Assembly (NCBI GenBank): GCA_964016885.1
Contig: OZ024743.1
Span: forward strand, 307,768,001-307,832,000
Source of the DNA: Eledone cirrhosa
Taxonomy: Eukaryota
Direction of reading: 5' to 3'
Length of the DNA stretch: 64,000 nucleotides
Part shown: in pieces, positions 1 to 12,867 of the stretch
How positions within the stretch are numbered: position 1 is the stretch's first letter
Layout of the letters: each line of letters opens with the position of its first letter
Made by a program: the position numbers and the translations under genes
Notes under the pieces: model-generated
Databases searched by the model: none
The model's input: only the letters and a program-made list of their open reading frames with translations
Told to the model about the DNA's origin: nothing

Positions 1-1446
1 TGGAAGTATTTGTTAGAAATCCTGATAGAATATTTTGATGAGAGTAACATAAGTAGTGTTGTTTCTAATCATTGTTTCCACTTACAGCAGAGTATAAAAC
101 ATGAACATATTTCAATTAGTATTTGAGAATGTTCATGATCTCTTTTTTGGAACAAATTACTTCCTATGAGAGGTCAGTCTGCTGAAGAAAGATATTTACT
201 ATCTGCTGAGGAAAGATGTATATATACTATCTGCTGGTCATAACTCCTTGACCACTTTTCTAGAGCCAGGAGGCTGGATTTCAACTGAGAATGCATAGAG
301 CTGGAACATCTACCAGAAAGCATCCGATCTGACTCTTTAGCAATTTCGTCAATCCACAGCCACTGGACCAATCCTTTATTCAACTCCAAAAGGATGAAAG
401 AAAAAGTTGACCTCAGCAGAATTGGAACTTCGAGTGCAGAAGGTTGGAAGAAATACAGAGGCATTTAATCTGATGCTCTACCCACTCTGCAAATTTCTTG
501 TGTTATATATGTGTGATAGCTAGTCTTAACATTTAGAATAGAGAAACAATAAATTCTCATCTTTGGGAAGTCAATTGGTATTAAATTTTGGACAAATGAT
601 ACTATGCTTTCTAGCCTCTTAATCAGTTATAAAATCCTCCCCACTTTGTGAATCTTCTAGAAATGAAAAAAAGCTAAAGAAATAAACCACCCACAAAAGA
701 CTTCCTAAGGTTCTTTTAGGCACTATTTATTTTTCTTTGGCAATCTGTTATCAATCTATTGCCTATTCTTAACAGTTATTTTCTTACTCCCAAACATATC
801 TATATGAGCAAGATGTAGTGACCTTACCTGTCTAGCTTCATAGTATCACAACTCATCTAACCCATGCAAGCATGGAAAACAGACATTAAAGGGTAATAAT
901 AATGAAATACAACAAAACTCCTACTGTAATTTTGACTTCATTACCCATAAGCTGAATGTATATATATATTGTTTGATACTTTATCCATTTCCCAGCAGAG
1001 CTGTTCTGCTAGAGAATGGGGCGCAGGTGGCGGATAGTAATACAGCCACCAGATATGGTTAAGTTGCAATATAAGTGGGCTCCTGCCAGATAAATATGTA
1101 ACCCAGACCAACAGTGATAAATTACTAGGGGAGATGGAGCAATGGGTGACACTGTTAGCTCTCAAGAAAACTCGCACAACCTAGTGATGCAGCTATGATT
1201 AGGTGAATAAAATGTTGTGGCTCTGGTACTGTAGATTTGGATGGAGATAGAAATTCCACTATTCAGGTGTGATGCAAGTATGATGAGAATGAAAAAAAAA
1301 AATAAAAGCAATTGTTTAATTTCGTTGAAATAAATATATATGTATTTTTTCATTAACAAGACTGTAGATTATTTGATTAACCAATGTTTCTTTACTTGAA
1401 TAATATATATATATATATATATATATATCATTTCATTTCATTTCAT

Positions 1447-2032
<586 letters not shown>

Positions 2033-2120
2033 TGGTTTCAACACACGATTTCAGATAAAGAATCTTGCTAAACAAATTCAGAAACGAAATATATATATAT
2101 ATATATGTATATATATATGT

Positions 2121-2209
2121 ATATATTAGTAAAAAGGAAAAGAAAATGGTGTCAAATTTTTCCCAGGGAAAAATTTGTCAGCATTTTCTTTTCCTTTTTA
2201 CTAATATAT
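2121..2209. repeat. 89-bp near-perfect palindrome (44-bp arms, 2 mismatches)
   Basis: ...gaaaatggtgtcaaatttttccc-a-gggaaaaatttgtcagcattttc... Confidence 0.9.
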
Positions 2210-2698
2210 CACAACTCGTGCGTCACACCTCCATTTTTATTTTTTTAATTTTTTTTTTTAAATATGTATATATATATCCATTTATTATGGCTAAATAGTC
2301 TTGTTTTCTTGAGTTTCACCTATGCACTTATAGGATCATCAGTGAGTGCTCAGGTGAAACTCCTGAGTAACAAGACTCACTACTTAGCTATAATAAATAT
2401 TTCAACTCTACTTTGGTATTGTGTACTCTTTTCTTTTGTCCGTAAACTACATATATATATATGTATTAGTACTGGGTCAATATGATTGACTAAATCAATG
2501 CAGTGCACCAGCATTGCCACAGTCTCATGACTAAACTCAGTAAAAGAATAAAAGAATATGTGTGCATACATGTTACATATATTTGTGTATAATGATTTAC
2601 CTGAACAAATATCAAACGCAATATCATGGTCTGACCTGAATTAATTGTGTGTGGTAAGAAAGAATTGAAATGAGAAAAATATAAAATTTAACTAAATA

Positions 2699-2777
2699 CG
2701 GGATGTCCATAAAGTCCACGTGCAATTTAAAATACTACAAGTATTTTAAATTACCCACATACTTTATGGAGACCCTG
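2699..2777. mobile_element. Tiny Tc1/mariner-type MITE
   Basis: TA-CGGGATGTCCATAAAGT...ACTTTATGGAGACCCTG-TA: imperfect TIRs with TA flanks. Confidence 0.7.
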
Positions 2778-4040
2778 TATATGATAAACGTTAGTAAGTA
2801 AGCTTCTTGTTAACAAATGAAACAACATAGTTGGGTGGAAATAGTATTAATAACAGTCATCTGTAAAGATTTTGAACAAATAGATTTGACAAACGATAAC
2901 TGCTTTGATGAAATGAGTGAGAAAAAATGACATTGGCAAAATAATTAGACTATACCTTATGTGTAATTCATTCGAAATATAAGAATGTTTTTTTTATCAT
3001 AAAGGTAAATCATCATTATAGTAATCAATGTGAAATAACAACCGGAAATATCTCTGTGTCATATAAAATCAATGTAGTAATGTCGTTATTTGTCTTGGCT
3101 ACTATTAATGTAGTAGTCATAGTAGCTACTGTAACTAAGAAATAGTAGAGCATTGTTGTCCTTTTATGGCATTCTAGGATGGTCCTTGTTACACAGGTAG
3201 GCTGATATAAGAAACTTTCAGTCAACCTGTTTATTGCCAGTCAACACTATCTGAATAACACACACATAGATATCAACTATACCAATCTTTTCCTCTTGAG
3301 TTTCGTTGTTGTTTTGGTTTTCCTACATTCTGGATAATGCAATTAAAAGTATAATATTTCAGGACCTAAAAAGTTTTCACTGTAAATTTTATATGCCAAC
3401 ATATAAGAAATGTTGTGCATCACTGCTCTAGATTATATTATTTACAATATGAAGGTGCATGGTCTAGCGGTTAAAGTATTGAATTCACAATCATAAGATC
3501 GTTGGTTCTGTTCCAGGATGAACTGCACATTGGGTTTTTTAGTAAAATACCTCATTTCATGTTGCTTTTCATGATAGGGTTGGGGCCCTTATCATTAAAA
3601 CACGCAAGAAACCTCCTTTGGAATAGAACTTTGTTGGTGGTTAGCTAAACCTGTATAGGTGTGAACTGTAAATTTTGTTTATGACATGGGTCAGCCCATG
3701 ACTTGTGAGGGAAATTGTGTAGACATAGGCTGCAAGGAAGCCAATTAGATGGTCTGTACCTATAATTCAAAGGACCAGCTTTGTCATACACTGTAGAATG
3801 CCAAGCCACTCTCACATTAATTTCACAAGCAGGCAAACATCTAAAACACTCATCATCACAACTGACAGATCTCTTTCTAATGCAGCTCGCTGTATGTAAG
3901 TTGGAATGTAAAGGAATATATTTTCATTAGTTAGAGAAAAAATATACTAAGAATGATCTGCTGGAGGAAGCAAAAATGAGTCATGCGAAATAGATAATAA
4001 TTTGATCGAGAAAGAATTTCCTCTTTGTCATCGTGTATTA

Positions 4041-5160
4041 CATCATCATCGTTTAACATGTCTTCCACGCTAGCATGGGTTTAGATGGGAATTGTCCCAC
4101 TTGAGGCAAGATTGGTTGTCTTGCTCGTATAAGACTGTCGAACACCAACCACGTTTACAGTGTGGAACTGGGAGGTTTTTACCGTGTTACTTACATGGCC
4201 ACATTACAGCGTGGACTGTGTGTTTTTTTTTGTCGTCACACCTACACGACCTCATTTATTTAGGACTGGATGTTGTGGTACCAACATAACTTTACAGAGA
4301 AAGGGGTAGTGGGATGGGCATGAAATTTTTGGTTAAGAGGTGCCTACTGACTGTAGGTTTCGCTTTGTACTTAGGCAAGGCGGGTCTTCTGTATTACTGC
4401 GTAGCGCCAAAGATCTCGGTCCAGTGACATTGTCTTGGAGAGGTGTAAGTGTGTAAGGTTGGAATTTATCAAATCATCACAGGTTTTTCTGGGTCTGCCT
4501 ACTCCGTAACTTCCATCAATTTTGATCGTCCTGCACTTTTTTATACAGCTGTCGTCTTTCATGCGCATCACGTGACCATACCAATGTAGTCTTCTCTCGA
4601 GTAAACAGCATCTGATCCCTCTTATTCCTAATTTCTCACTTAGTTCATTTATGCTTTGCTGTTCACGTATATTACTATTACACATCCAGCGGAGCATGCA
4701 AGCTTCGTTCCTCTCCAGTCTGCGCAGATCCTCTGCACACAATGCCCATGTCTCACTGCCATGTAACATTGCTGTTCATATACAAGCATCATACAGTCTG
4801 CCTTTCATTTTTAGAGAGAAACCTTTAGCGGCCAGTAGTGGTATAAGCTCTCTGAACTTTTTCCATCCCGTTCTGACTCTGGCTACTGTACTTTCAGAGC
4901 ACCCTCCACCACTGCTGATTTTGTCACCAGGTAACGGAAGGTGTCCACTATTTCTATCGAGCCATCTGGGCAATAGAAGGAGCTAGTATCCTGTGGGCAC
5001 TTGCTACTACTTATTGCACTTGAGCACTGGCCACATATAAAATTGATGTTCTTAGCTTACCTGTGATCCCACTACATCTTTTATCCACCCATACTTTGCA
5101 TTTGGGACATAAAATGGAGTTTCTGCCTACTCCTTTCCTACACACTGAGCATGGCCATCC
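4041..5160 (-). mobile_element. 5'-truncated RTE-clade LINE
   Basis: ORF remnants ARVRTGWKKFRELIPLL, MLHGSETWAL, RRLHWYGHVMRM, GRPRKT; (GAT)n tail at 4041. Confidence 0.9.
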
Positions 5161-5192
5161 CATCTATTTTTAAATGGTGGCATAGGTTAAAC

Positions 5193-5639
5193 CAGGGTTT
5201 CCAAACCTTTTTTCATTTGGGCACAAACTTTTTGTAAACCCCCCCCTCAAATTAAATTTCAAATAAGATACTGATGATGATGATGATACTGAATTCATAA
5301 GACTTACCATGTTATCTGGTGTATGGCCACAATTCAAATGGGTACAAAACCTAAAGCAAATGTGTGTGCGTGCACGTGTGTGGTTGGGCCTTTAATCACC
5401 AGGTGTCAATTTAAGTTCAAAGTGGAAAAAGTGTTTTTTAGATTTTTGAAAATTTGAAAGAAAGAAATGGATAAATGCCCACCGCCCACCTGAGTATATT
5501 CACTGCCTCCCAAACGAAAGAAAAACTCCCAGCGCCCCCCTTTCAACACAACAGCGCCCCCCTTTCAACACAACAGCGCCCCCCTTTCAACACAACAGTG
5601 CCCACAAGGGGATGCTAGCGCCCACATTGGGAAACACTG
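5193..5639. mobile_element. hAT-type MITE with a short internal tandem repeat
   Basis: Termini CAGGGTTTCCAAA...TTGGGAAACACTG; 8-bp TSD ggttaaac/ggttagac; cagcgcccccctttcaacacaa repeated about 3 times at 5530-5600. Confidence 0.8.
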
Positions 5640-8001
5640 GGTTAGACAAAACTTATTGAGACAGAATTCTATTAAGTAAGGTATGGATCTTCACATGTTT
5701 AACTACTGAGCAGTGGGATCTCTGTTTATGTAGAATGTAAACAAACATGATATGTAGGATGAAAATAGACTGGGTGTTTTAATGGGATATAGTTTTTGAG
5801 ATAAAGATTTTGGGTGAAATGAATGAGATAGTTTTGTGAGGTGGATGAATTTGACTTTGATGGTGAGGTTAGGAGGGGGTTGCAGTCTGGGGTTATCCTT
5901 ACTGGTTCCATGAAAAGCTCCTCCATTTCACAGTTCCCTTCTCACCAACTCTTTGGTTTTCATTTCCTCCATTATCTTTAGTCATGTCTTTCTTGGTCTT
6001 CCCCTTCCTCTACTTCCTTCCACATTCATTTCCATCACTTCTTTCAACCTGTCTCATTCATCCTTCATCAGCACATGACTCAGTCATCTCATTCCATTTT
6101 TCTACACAACATACATCACTGGCTCTCATAATTCAAGTACACATTCATTCTTATCTCCTTACAACATATCTTGCTGTCAAAAAATTATATGCTACTGTTT
6201 GAGTGATGGTTTGCTTTGCTTGAGCATTCATTCCAATACTTTTGAAACCACTCATGCTAGGAAATTAGTTTTAAGAGAGCAGTTAAAGGGGTGATTCCAG
6301 GAGAGGCATTTGGCTTTAAAACAAAGCCTCAAAAAGGACCACATGTCATGAGTTCTCAGAGTCTAACTCCTTCTTTAACGGAGAAAAGATCTTTGTTGTT
6401 GATCAATGATCACTAAGCAAAGTAAGAAAAACAAGACAAAAAATAAATTTTCATTTCATTTTTTCAATGTTCTATATTTTTGTCAAGTTATTTGAATATT
6501 AAATACATGGAGCAGCTCTATTCAGCATGCTGGCTGAACTATGGGTTATAAAATTATTTTTTAACCCTTTAGTTGTCAGATTTCTAATGCCTATGATATT
6601 CAAACATTTGGAGGGGTTTAGTGACATTACTAACATTGTTATTATTAAGTTAGTTTTTGGAAAGTAACTTAACAGAGGCTCTTGCATAAAATCATGACTT
6701 TATTTAGATCTGCTGTGAGAAAGGTTCGGCACAGCCTATTGGCCTGTCACTTTTCATAGCTGTGCCATCCAGTCCCTCACTGTAAATGTTGCGGCTCCCA
6801 AACTATGGTTCCACTGTGAAAAGCATTCGGCGTGGCCAATTTTCCCTCATCATAGCGGTGCCATCCAGTTCCAGGCTCCCAAACTGGTTCCACTGTGAGA
6901 AGGGTTTGGCGCAGCCAACTGACCTCTCTTTCCTCATAGCGGTGCTATCCAGTTCCACACTGTAAATGTGGTTGCGCGCGTCCAAACTATGTTTCCGTTG
7001 TGAGAAGGATTTGGCATGGCCAACTGGCCTGTACCTCCTCATAATGGTACCATCCAGTACCACACTGTAAACGTAGTTGGTGTTAGGAAGGGCATCCAGC
7101 TGTAAAAACCCAGGCCAATTTTACAGTCCTGTTGGAGCAGTGTAGCCAATTCTGGCCAGACTTCTCTCTTGATGGGGACGACCATTCTAACCCATGCAAG
7201 CATGGACATTAAACAGTGATGATGATTTAGATAAATATACATCCAGCTGTAAAAAGCTTGCCAAACAAGGGGTTAGGAGGATCCTTAAGTGTGTCAAAAG
7301 ACACAACAACTTCTTCTCTGCACTCAATAATGACCGTACATAAGCAAGGTACAGACCACCTTGGCCTGTTTGGGACATCAGTGGCCCTGCTTCAGTACTG
7401 ACTTGGTCTATATAGATACATCCAACCGTTGCTAGCAGGGAAAGTGGATGTTAAATGATGATGATACACACTATAAAGCAAAACGTTTTGTGTCATAGAA
7501 CCACAGGTGTTTGAAATATAACTTAACAAAGGCTCTTACATAAAATTATGATTGAAGTTTTTAAAATAAATATAAATGTTGTGCAACAAAAAGTGTTGTA
7601 TCATAAAAACAGATGTTTGGAACATAACTTAATGAAGGCTCTTATTTTAAATTATAAGAGGTTTTTAGATAAATATAAACATTTTACAACAAAAGTTTTG
7701 TATCTTAGAACCCGCAGTGGTTTCTGACGGTTTGGTATCAAAAGAATTAAATCAACTACATAAAACAATGAAGTTTAATAAAAGATATTCTTCCACATAG
7801 GTAGATTGCAAAACAATTTATTTCTGATATTAATGTTAGAAGTATGGAAGACATTCAAATATTGATTACAGTATATTGATCATGGTATTGTTGTTAGAGC
7901 TGAATGATTTGCAGTGTTCATTCTGGATTTTGGTTATCTGAGTCCAAATCTTGTCATGATCAAGTTTATCTTTCATCCCTTCAGGGTAAATGAAATATAA
8001 T

Positions 8002-8185
8002 TGTTTCTACTTTAGGCACAAGGCCAGCAATTATCCAGTGTATTACTGGTACTTTATTTTATCGACCCCGTAAGGATGAAAGGCAAAGTCAACCTCGGCG
8101 GGATTTGAACTCAGATCGTAAAGGGACGTAACTATGCTGGAAAGCATGGCTTCCGACCCTCTACCGATACTGCCAATCCACCGCC
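8002..8185 (-). mobile_element. Young tRNA-SINE (core GCCTTTCATCCTTACGGGGTCGATAAAATAAAGTACCAG), inserted into an older opposite-strand copy
   Basis: TSD agggtaaatgaaatataat (7983-8001 / 8186-8204); near-identical to the copy at 33094. Confidence 0.85.
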
Positions 8186-8960
8186 AGGGTAAATGAAATA
8201 TAATACCTGTCCAAAGTGATGTATTGTTGAAATAGCTGGAGAGCTTTGGACAAAATGCCTTGCTGTATATTTTCTGGCTCTTTATGATTTGAGTTCTTAA
8301 GTAGTAGACATAGTCTGTTACCTGGTTTAACGCCACCCCCTGGTTTGGTCCTTGTATACCTTTAGAGGTAGACTAAATATGTTACCTGGTTTAACCCCCC
8401 CCCCCTCGGTCTTTAAATACCTTCAGTGAAGTACACTCTGTTACAAACATTTATGCTAAGTTTCCAGTTCCAGTATAACTTTCTCCATTCCTCATATAGA
8501 TTGGGTCTGATCTGATTGTTTTTTTTTCTCCCAACATTACTTATTTGGCTTTACTTTTCCATTCCTGAAATTTACATTCGAATCTAAATAACAATTCGTT
8601 GGCAGCTTTTCTTTGTGTTTTTTTGTTGTTTTTTTTTTTTGTAGTTTCTCTCTCTCCTATTCTTGTTTCCTTCCTTGTCATTCTCATGTGAGATATTTTC
8701 ATTCTTTGATTCCTTTTGTTCTCATCATATTTGGTGATTGGCAGAACTGGTAAAGTGTCAAATAAAATGCCATTGTGATATTTGTTCTGGTTCTTTACAT
8801 TCTGAGTTCAAGTCTTGCTGGTGTCAATTTGACTTTCATCCTTCCGAGATCAACAAAATAAAGTACCAGTCAAGTACTGGGGTCAATATAATTGACTTCC
8901 CCTCGCCACAAATTATTGGCTTTGTGCTTAAATTAAAAATCATTATCTTAGTTGATTATA

Positions 8961-9175
8961 GGGCGGTGGATTGGCAGTATCAGTAGAGGGTCGGGCGCCA
9001 TGCTTTGCAGCATAGAGTTACAGCCGTTCATGATCTGAGTTCAAATCCCGCCAGGGTTAACTTTGCTTCTCATCCTTACGGGGTCGATAAAATAAAGTAC
9101 CAGTCCGTACTGGGGTCGATTTAATCGACTTTCCCCTCCCCCAAAATTGCTGGCCTTGTGCCTATATAAGAAACC
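8961..9175 (+). mobile_element. tRNA-SINE, same family
   Basis: GGCGGTGGATTGGCAG head, GTTCAAATCC B-box; flanking cattatcttag repeat. Confidence 0.85.
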
Positions 9176-9740
9176 ATTATCTTAGGTTGTTGTTTTTGTT
9201 CACATTTTGCTGGTCTATTTATAAGTTTGCATCTTATGGGAAATTTCTTGTGTATTTTAATTATACGAGGTGTCAATTGTATCATATCACCACGTAAAAA
9301 AAAATGAAGCAGTAATCCAAATTAGTTTGGTATCCAGCCATAGAAAACTTTGCAATGATAGCCAAGAGGACTGTTCAGTTGTTTTAAGGGCATGACAATC
9401 CCACTAGTGCAATGAAACACACACACTACACTCTGTAAAGTGGGTGGTGTTAGGAAAGGCATCCAGCTGTAGAAACCATAGGGCTGAGAGGACTATATAT
9501 TTGTGTCAAGGATGTGATAACCTCTCTAGTGTTGGGGCTAAGATAAAATGCACCTGTACACATTGGAAAGTGCTTGATTCTGATCAAGTACTGACAACCC
9601 ATCCAATCTGCCAGCATGGAACAGTGGATGTTAAATAATGATGATAATGCATGGAATTAAAATAATAATAACCTGGACAATGTTCTTGCAGCCTAATGAA
9701 TTTGGCATCAGAGAAAATTCTATATGAAAAAAATGACATT

Positions 9741-12452
9741 TTAGTCAGCTTCAATATACTCAATTGTGGCATAATTAAGCTGTGGGTTCAACTGTTTTAA
9801 TTTTACACTATCTAATATATCATCTTGTTTGTTTGGAGGACTTGGTAAAGGTCTTTGTACATGGCTCAAGTGTGATCTACTTAGCATAGGTATATTATTT
9901 ATAGGTAACCTTTCGTCTTCAACACGTTTTATATTAATTTCTCTTCTAATATTTCCATTATTTTCAATTCCTCTTTGCTGCAGAGTGCTTGGGCTCTGAA
10001 TTTCTTCATATGTTTCATCTGGTCTAAAACCTAAGTTATCCAGATATTGGTAACTCCCTGCAGAATGCTGTTGCTCAGGTTGTAATTGAAAATCAGATAC
10101 TACACTAATAGTTGAACTTTCTTTTGATCTCTTTCTTTCATAGCGTTTGCTTTTTGGTGTTAAATGAACTTCTGTTCTCTCTGAACTTTTAGGCTCCTCA
10201 TAAGTATGTTCCTTATTCTGTTTGTATTTTCTGTATAATAGACAGAGTAAAATAACAAGGACCAAAACTGAAACAGACACTCCAACACCAAGTCCTATTT
10301 CTAATGTATGTTTGTTGTTAGTGATTGGACTGCTAGGCTTTTCTTTTGGGTGTAGAATTTCACAGGCATCAATCAAATTACTTTTGGCAGTCACATTAAC
10401 AATAATACAAACATGTAAAATTGAGTAAGGGTTTAGATAATAGTATGTGTAAAATTGTGTTGATTTATGTATTAATATTAATGTTTTATTACTTTCTTGG
10501 TTAGGAAATGTTTCCAGAATTTCTAAAGTGAAATATTTTACCCAAAACAGATCTGATATTTTCCATGATATTTCAACTTTTAGTAGCCTTCTCTCAAGCT
10601 TAATTGAAACTTTTGGTTTCTCAAAAGATATTGTGCTTGGAATCGGAACTGAACTTTTAGTTGATGTTGGACTTTCTTCACTTGTTTGCATGACAGTTTC
10701 TAATTTAGTTTGGGTTGATACATTATCAGTAGTTGATGATTTCATTGTTGAAATTTCTTGAGTAGTTTGTGTTGTGTATCTTGCACCAAAGTCCACACAA
10801 TCTGTTTTACTTCTATTTAATTCACAATTTAAATTTGTAGAATAAATTATTTCTTTACCATTCATACCATAGCACCACCAGTTTTTAAAATAGAAATAGT
10901 TGTCATTGGATTTGTTAATAGATTCTTGCATCAAAATTTGAAGCCAGTGAAGAGAACAGTTACATATCAGTTTGTTGTTAGTGAGATCTATATGGAAAGC
11001 TCTAGTTTTTGGCCAGTTGAAATTATTAAATACACATTCATCTATAACTTGAAGCTGGTTGTTAATGAGTTCAATATATTCTAAACAGTTTTGTAGACCT
11101 TCAAATGCACCTTCTTCTAAAGTTTGTATTCTGTTGTCATTTAGTTTTATAACTTCCAGTTTTAAGTTATGTTCAAATGCAAATACAGGAATTTTTTCTA
11201 GATTACATTTAGAAAGATCCAGGAATTCCAAATGTGATAATGTTCTAATTGCTGCCCAAAGATCTGTATCATTAAAATTATTGCCTTTTAATGATAACTT
11301 TTTCAGTGTTTCACTGGTATTTCTTAGCCATTTTATTTCCATAGTTTCTTTTAGTTTTTGATTATCTAGATATAAAATTTCTAAGAGGGGTACTCCTGCC
11401 ATAGCAGTTACTTCAATGAGCAATTGATTTTCATTTAAAAATAATTCTTTGAGATTATTTAAACCTTTCAAATATATTTTACGCAATTTAGTAAGCTGGT
11501 TATTTTTCAAAGATAATGTTTTTAATTTATTCATATTTTGAAATATATCTCCAGCTAAATTTTTAATTATATTCTGATTCAAATTCAAACTTTCAAGTTT
11601 TGAAAAATTTTTTAAATGTTTTAAATGATCTTCAGTGATTCTGTTTAAACCTAAGTTTAAATGTTGAAGGCTGTTCTCAATATTTTCAAATGCAAAATCA
11701 TCAACTTTTGATATAGAGTTTTGCATTAAATACAAAATCTCCAGCTTTCTGTTTTCCTGTAAATTTCCTCTGCTTATTTCTTTAATGTTATTGTCACTCA
11801 TGTCAAGATGTCGCAAATTGTGTAGAAATTTGAATGTTTCTGGAAGTGGTATGTTTTCCAGCTTATTATCCCTAATGACAAGCTGAGTTAAATTCCCTAA
11901 ATGTAAAAATGCATTTGTTTTGAAATATCGAATTCTATTATTTCTTAAAGAAAGTTTTGTCAATTTAGTTAGGTTGATAGAAGTAAAATTGTTTAATTCT
12001 CCATTGATATAGAAATTTTTAATTTCAAGAGTTTCTAGGTTGTACAAGTTTTGTATAGCTGTAAAATCAGTAATTGCAGTTAGATTTGTTGTTGAGAGCT
12101 CTAAGGTTTTCAAGACATCTTCTTGTCCAAAAAATGCATTTTTGTCAATAGTTGTCAATGGACTACCAATTATTGACAAATGCTCAATTTGAATATTATT
12201 GAAAACATTCTCCTCTAGAATATGTAGATTTGTTCTCAGAAAATATAACTTATATGTACCATTGAGCTGTTCAAAGTTTAAGTGTTTGTTTTGTAAATTA
12301 ATATCCCTGCAGAAAATTTGGTGGTTTTCAGTTTTGCAATTTTGTTTGACATAAAATATGTCCTTGAGAGCTAAAGCCGTTACCTGGAATTGTAGTATCC
12401 AAAATAGACACAATTGGCTGGACTTCACTTTGACATATTTCCTATGTGTCAT
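9741..12452 (-). CDS. Leucine-rich-repeat type I transmembrane receptor-like protein (SP, LRRs, LRRCT, S/T stalk, FN3-like, TM, Tyr-motif tail), 903 aa
   Basis: Uninterrupted 2.7 kb ORF with repeated LxxLxLxxNxL/I units, LRRCT (NKLICNCSLHWL..C..C), TM segment IGLGVGVSVSVLVLVILLCLLY followed by RKYK. The ATG directly follows a ttttacag acceptor. Confidence 0.93.
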   Translation of the reverse strand: MTHRKYVKVKSSQLCLFWILQFQVTALALKDIFYVKQNCKTENHQIFCRDINLQNKHLNFEQLNGTYKLYFLRTNLHILEENVFNNIQIEHLSIIGSPLTTIDKNAFFGQEDVLKTLELSTTNLTAITDFTAIQNLYNLETLEIKNFYINGELNNFTSINLTKLTKLSLRNNRIRYFKTNAFLHLGNLTQLVIRDNKLENIPLPETFKFLHNLRHLDMSDNNIKEISRGNLQENRKLEILYLMQNSISKVDDFAFENIENSLQHLNLGLNRITEDHLKHLKNFSKLESLNLNQNIIKNLAGDIFQNMNKLKTLSLKNNQLTKLRKIYLKGLNNLKELFLNENQLLIEVTAMAGVPLLEILYLDNQKLKETMEIKWLRNTSETLKKLSLKGNNFNDTDLWAAIRTLSHLEFLDLSKCNLEKIPVFAFEHNLKLEVIKLNDNRIQTLEEGAFEGLQNCLEYIELINNQLQVIDECVFNNFNWPKTRAFHIDLTNNKLICNCSLHWLQILMQESINKSNDNYFYFKNWWCYGMNGKEIIYSTNLNCELNRSKTDCVDFGARYTTQTTQEISTMKSSTTDNVSTQTKLETVMQTSEESPTSTKSSVPIPSTISFEKPKVSIKLERRLLKVEISWKISDLFWVKYFTLEILETFPNQESNKTLILIHKSTQFYTYYYLNPYSILHVCIIVNVTAKSNLIDACEILHPKEKPSSPITNNKHTLEIGLGVGVSVSVLVLVILLCLLYRKYKQNKEHTYEEPKSSERTEVHLTPKSKRYERKRSKESSTISVVSDFQLQPEQQHSAGSYQYLDNLGFRPDETYEEIQSPSTLQQRGIENNGNIRREINIKRVEDERLPINNIPMLSRSHLSHVQRPLPSPPNKQDDILDSVKLKQLNPQLNYATIEYIEAD

Positions 12453-12696
12453 CTGTAAAACATATAAAATATTTTTAGTTAAAGCATTGAAAACGATATT
12501 CCACAGTTAAAATAGCATAGGATGAAAATCAGGTTTCAGCATATGGTATCAATCTGAGACATTATCTCTTTTGATACCAAAATCCAGTCAGATCTGGTTC
12601 TGATTCTATGAAACAAAACAACCCATTTTAATAGGTTCTTATTTAAATTAATATCTTACAACATAATTTTATATAAGAACCCTATGTCTTAATAAT

Positions 12697-12867
12697 TGTT
12701 TCTACTTTTGGCAGCAATTATTCCAGGGTATTACTGATACTTTATTTATCAACCCCGTGAAAGGCAAAGTTAACCTCGGCAGGATTTGAACTCAGATCAT
12801 AAAGGGTCATAACTCTTTGCTGCAAAGCATGGCGTCCGACCCTCTACCGATACTGCCAATCCACCGT
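12697..12867 (-). mobile_element. tRNA-SINE inserted in a piggyBac-like MITE
   Basis: TSD cctatgtcttaataat on both sides. Confidence 0.8.

Noticed and set aside
996-1060. Possible additional ATG2 exon after tttcccagcag
   Set aside because: The only short open frame (RAVLLENGAQ...) shows no ATG2 similarity and would end in phase 1, whereas exon a needs phase 0.
10222-11361. Plus-strand ORFs inside the LRR gene
   Set aside because: Antisense shadows of the real CDS.
9741-12452. Toll-like receptor call for the LRR ORF
   Set aside because: The cytoplasmic tail is low-complexity with no TIR box motifs, and an FN3-like region precedes the TM.
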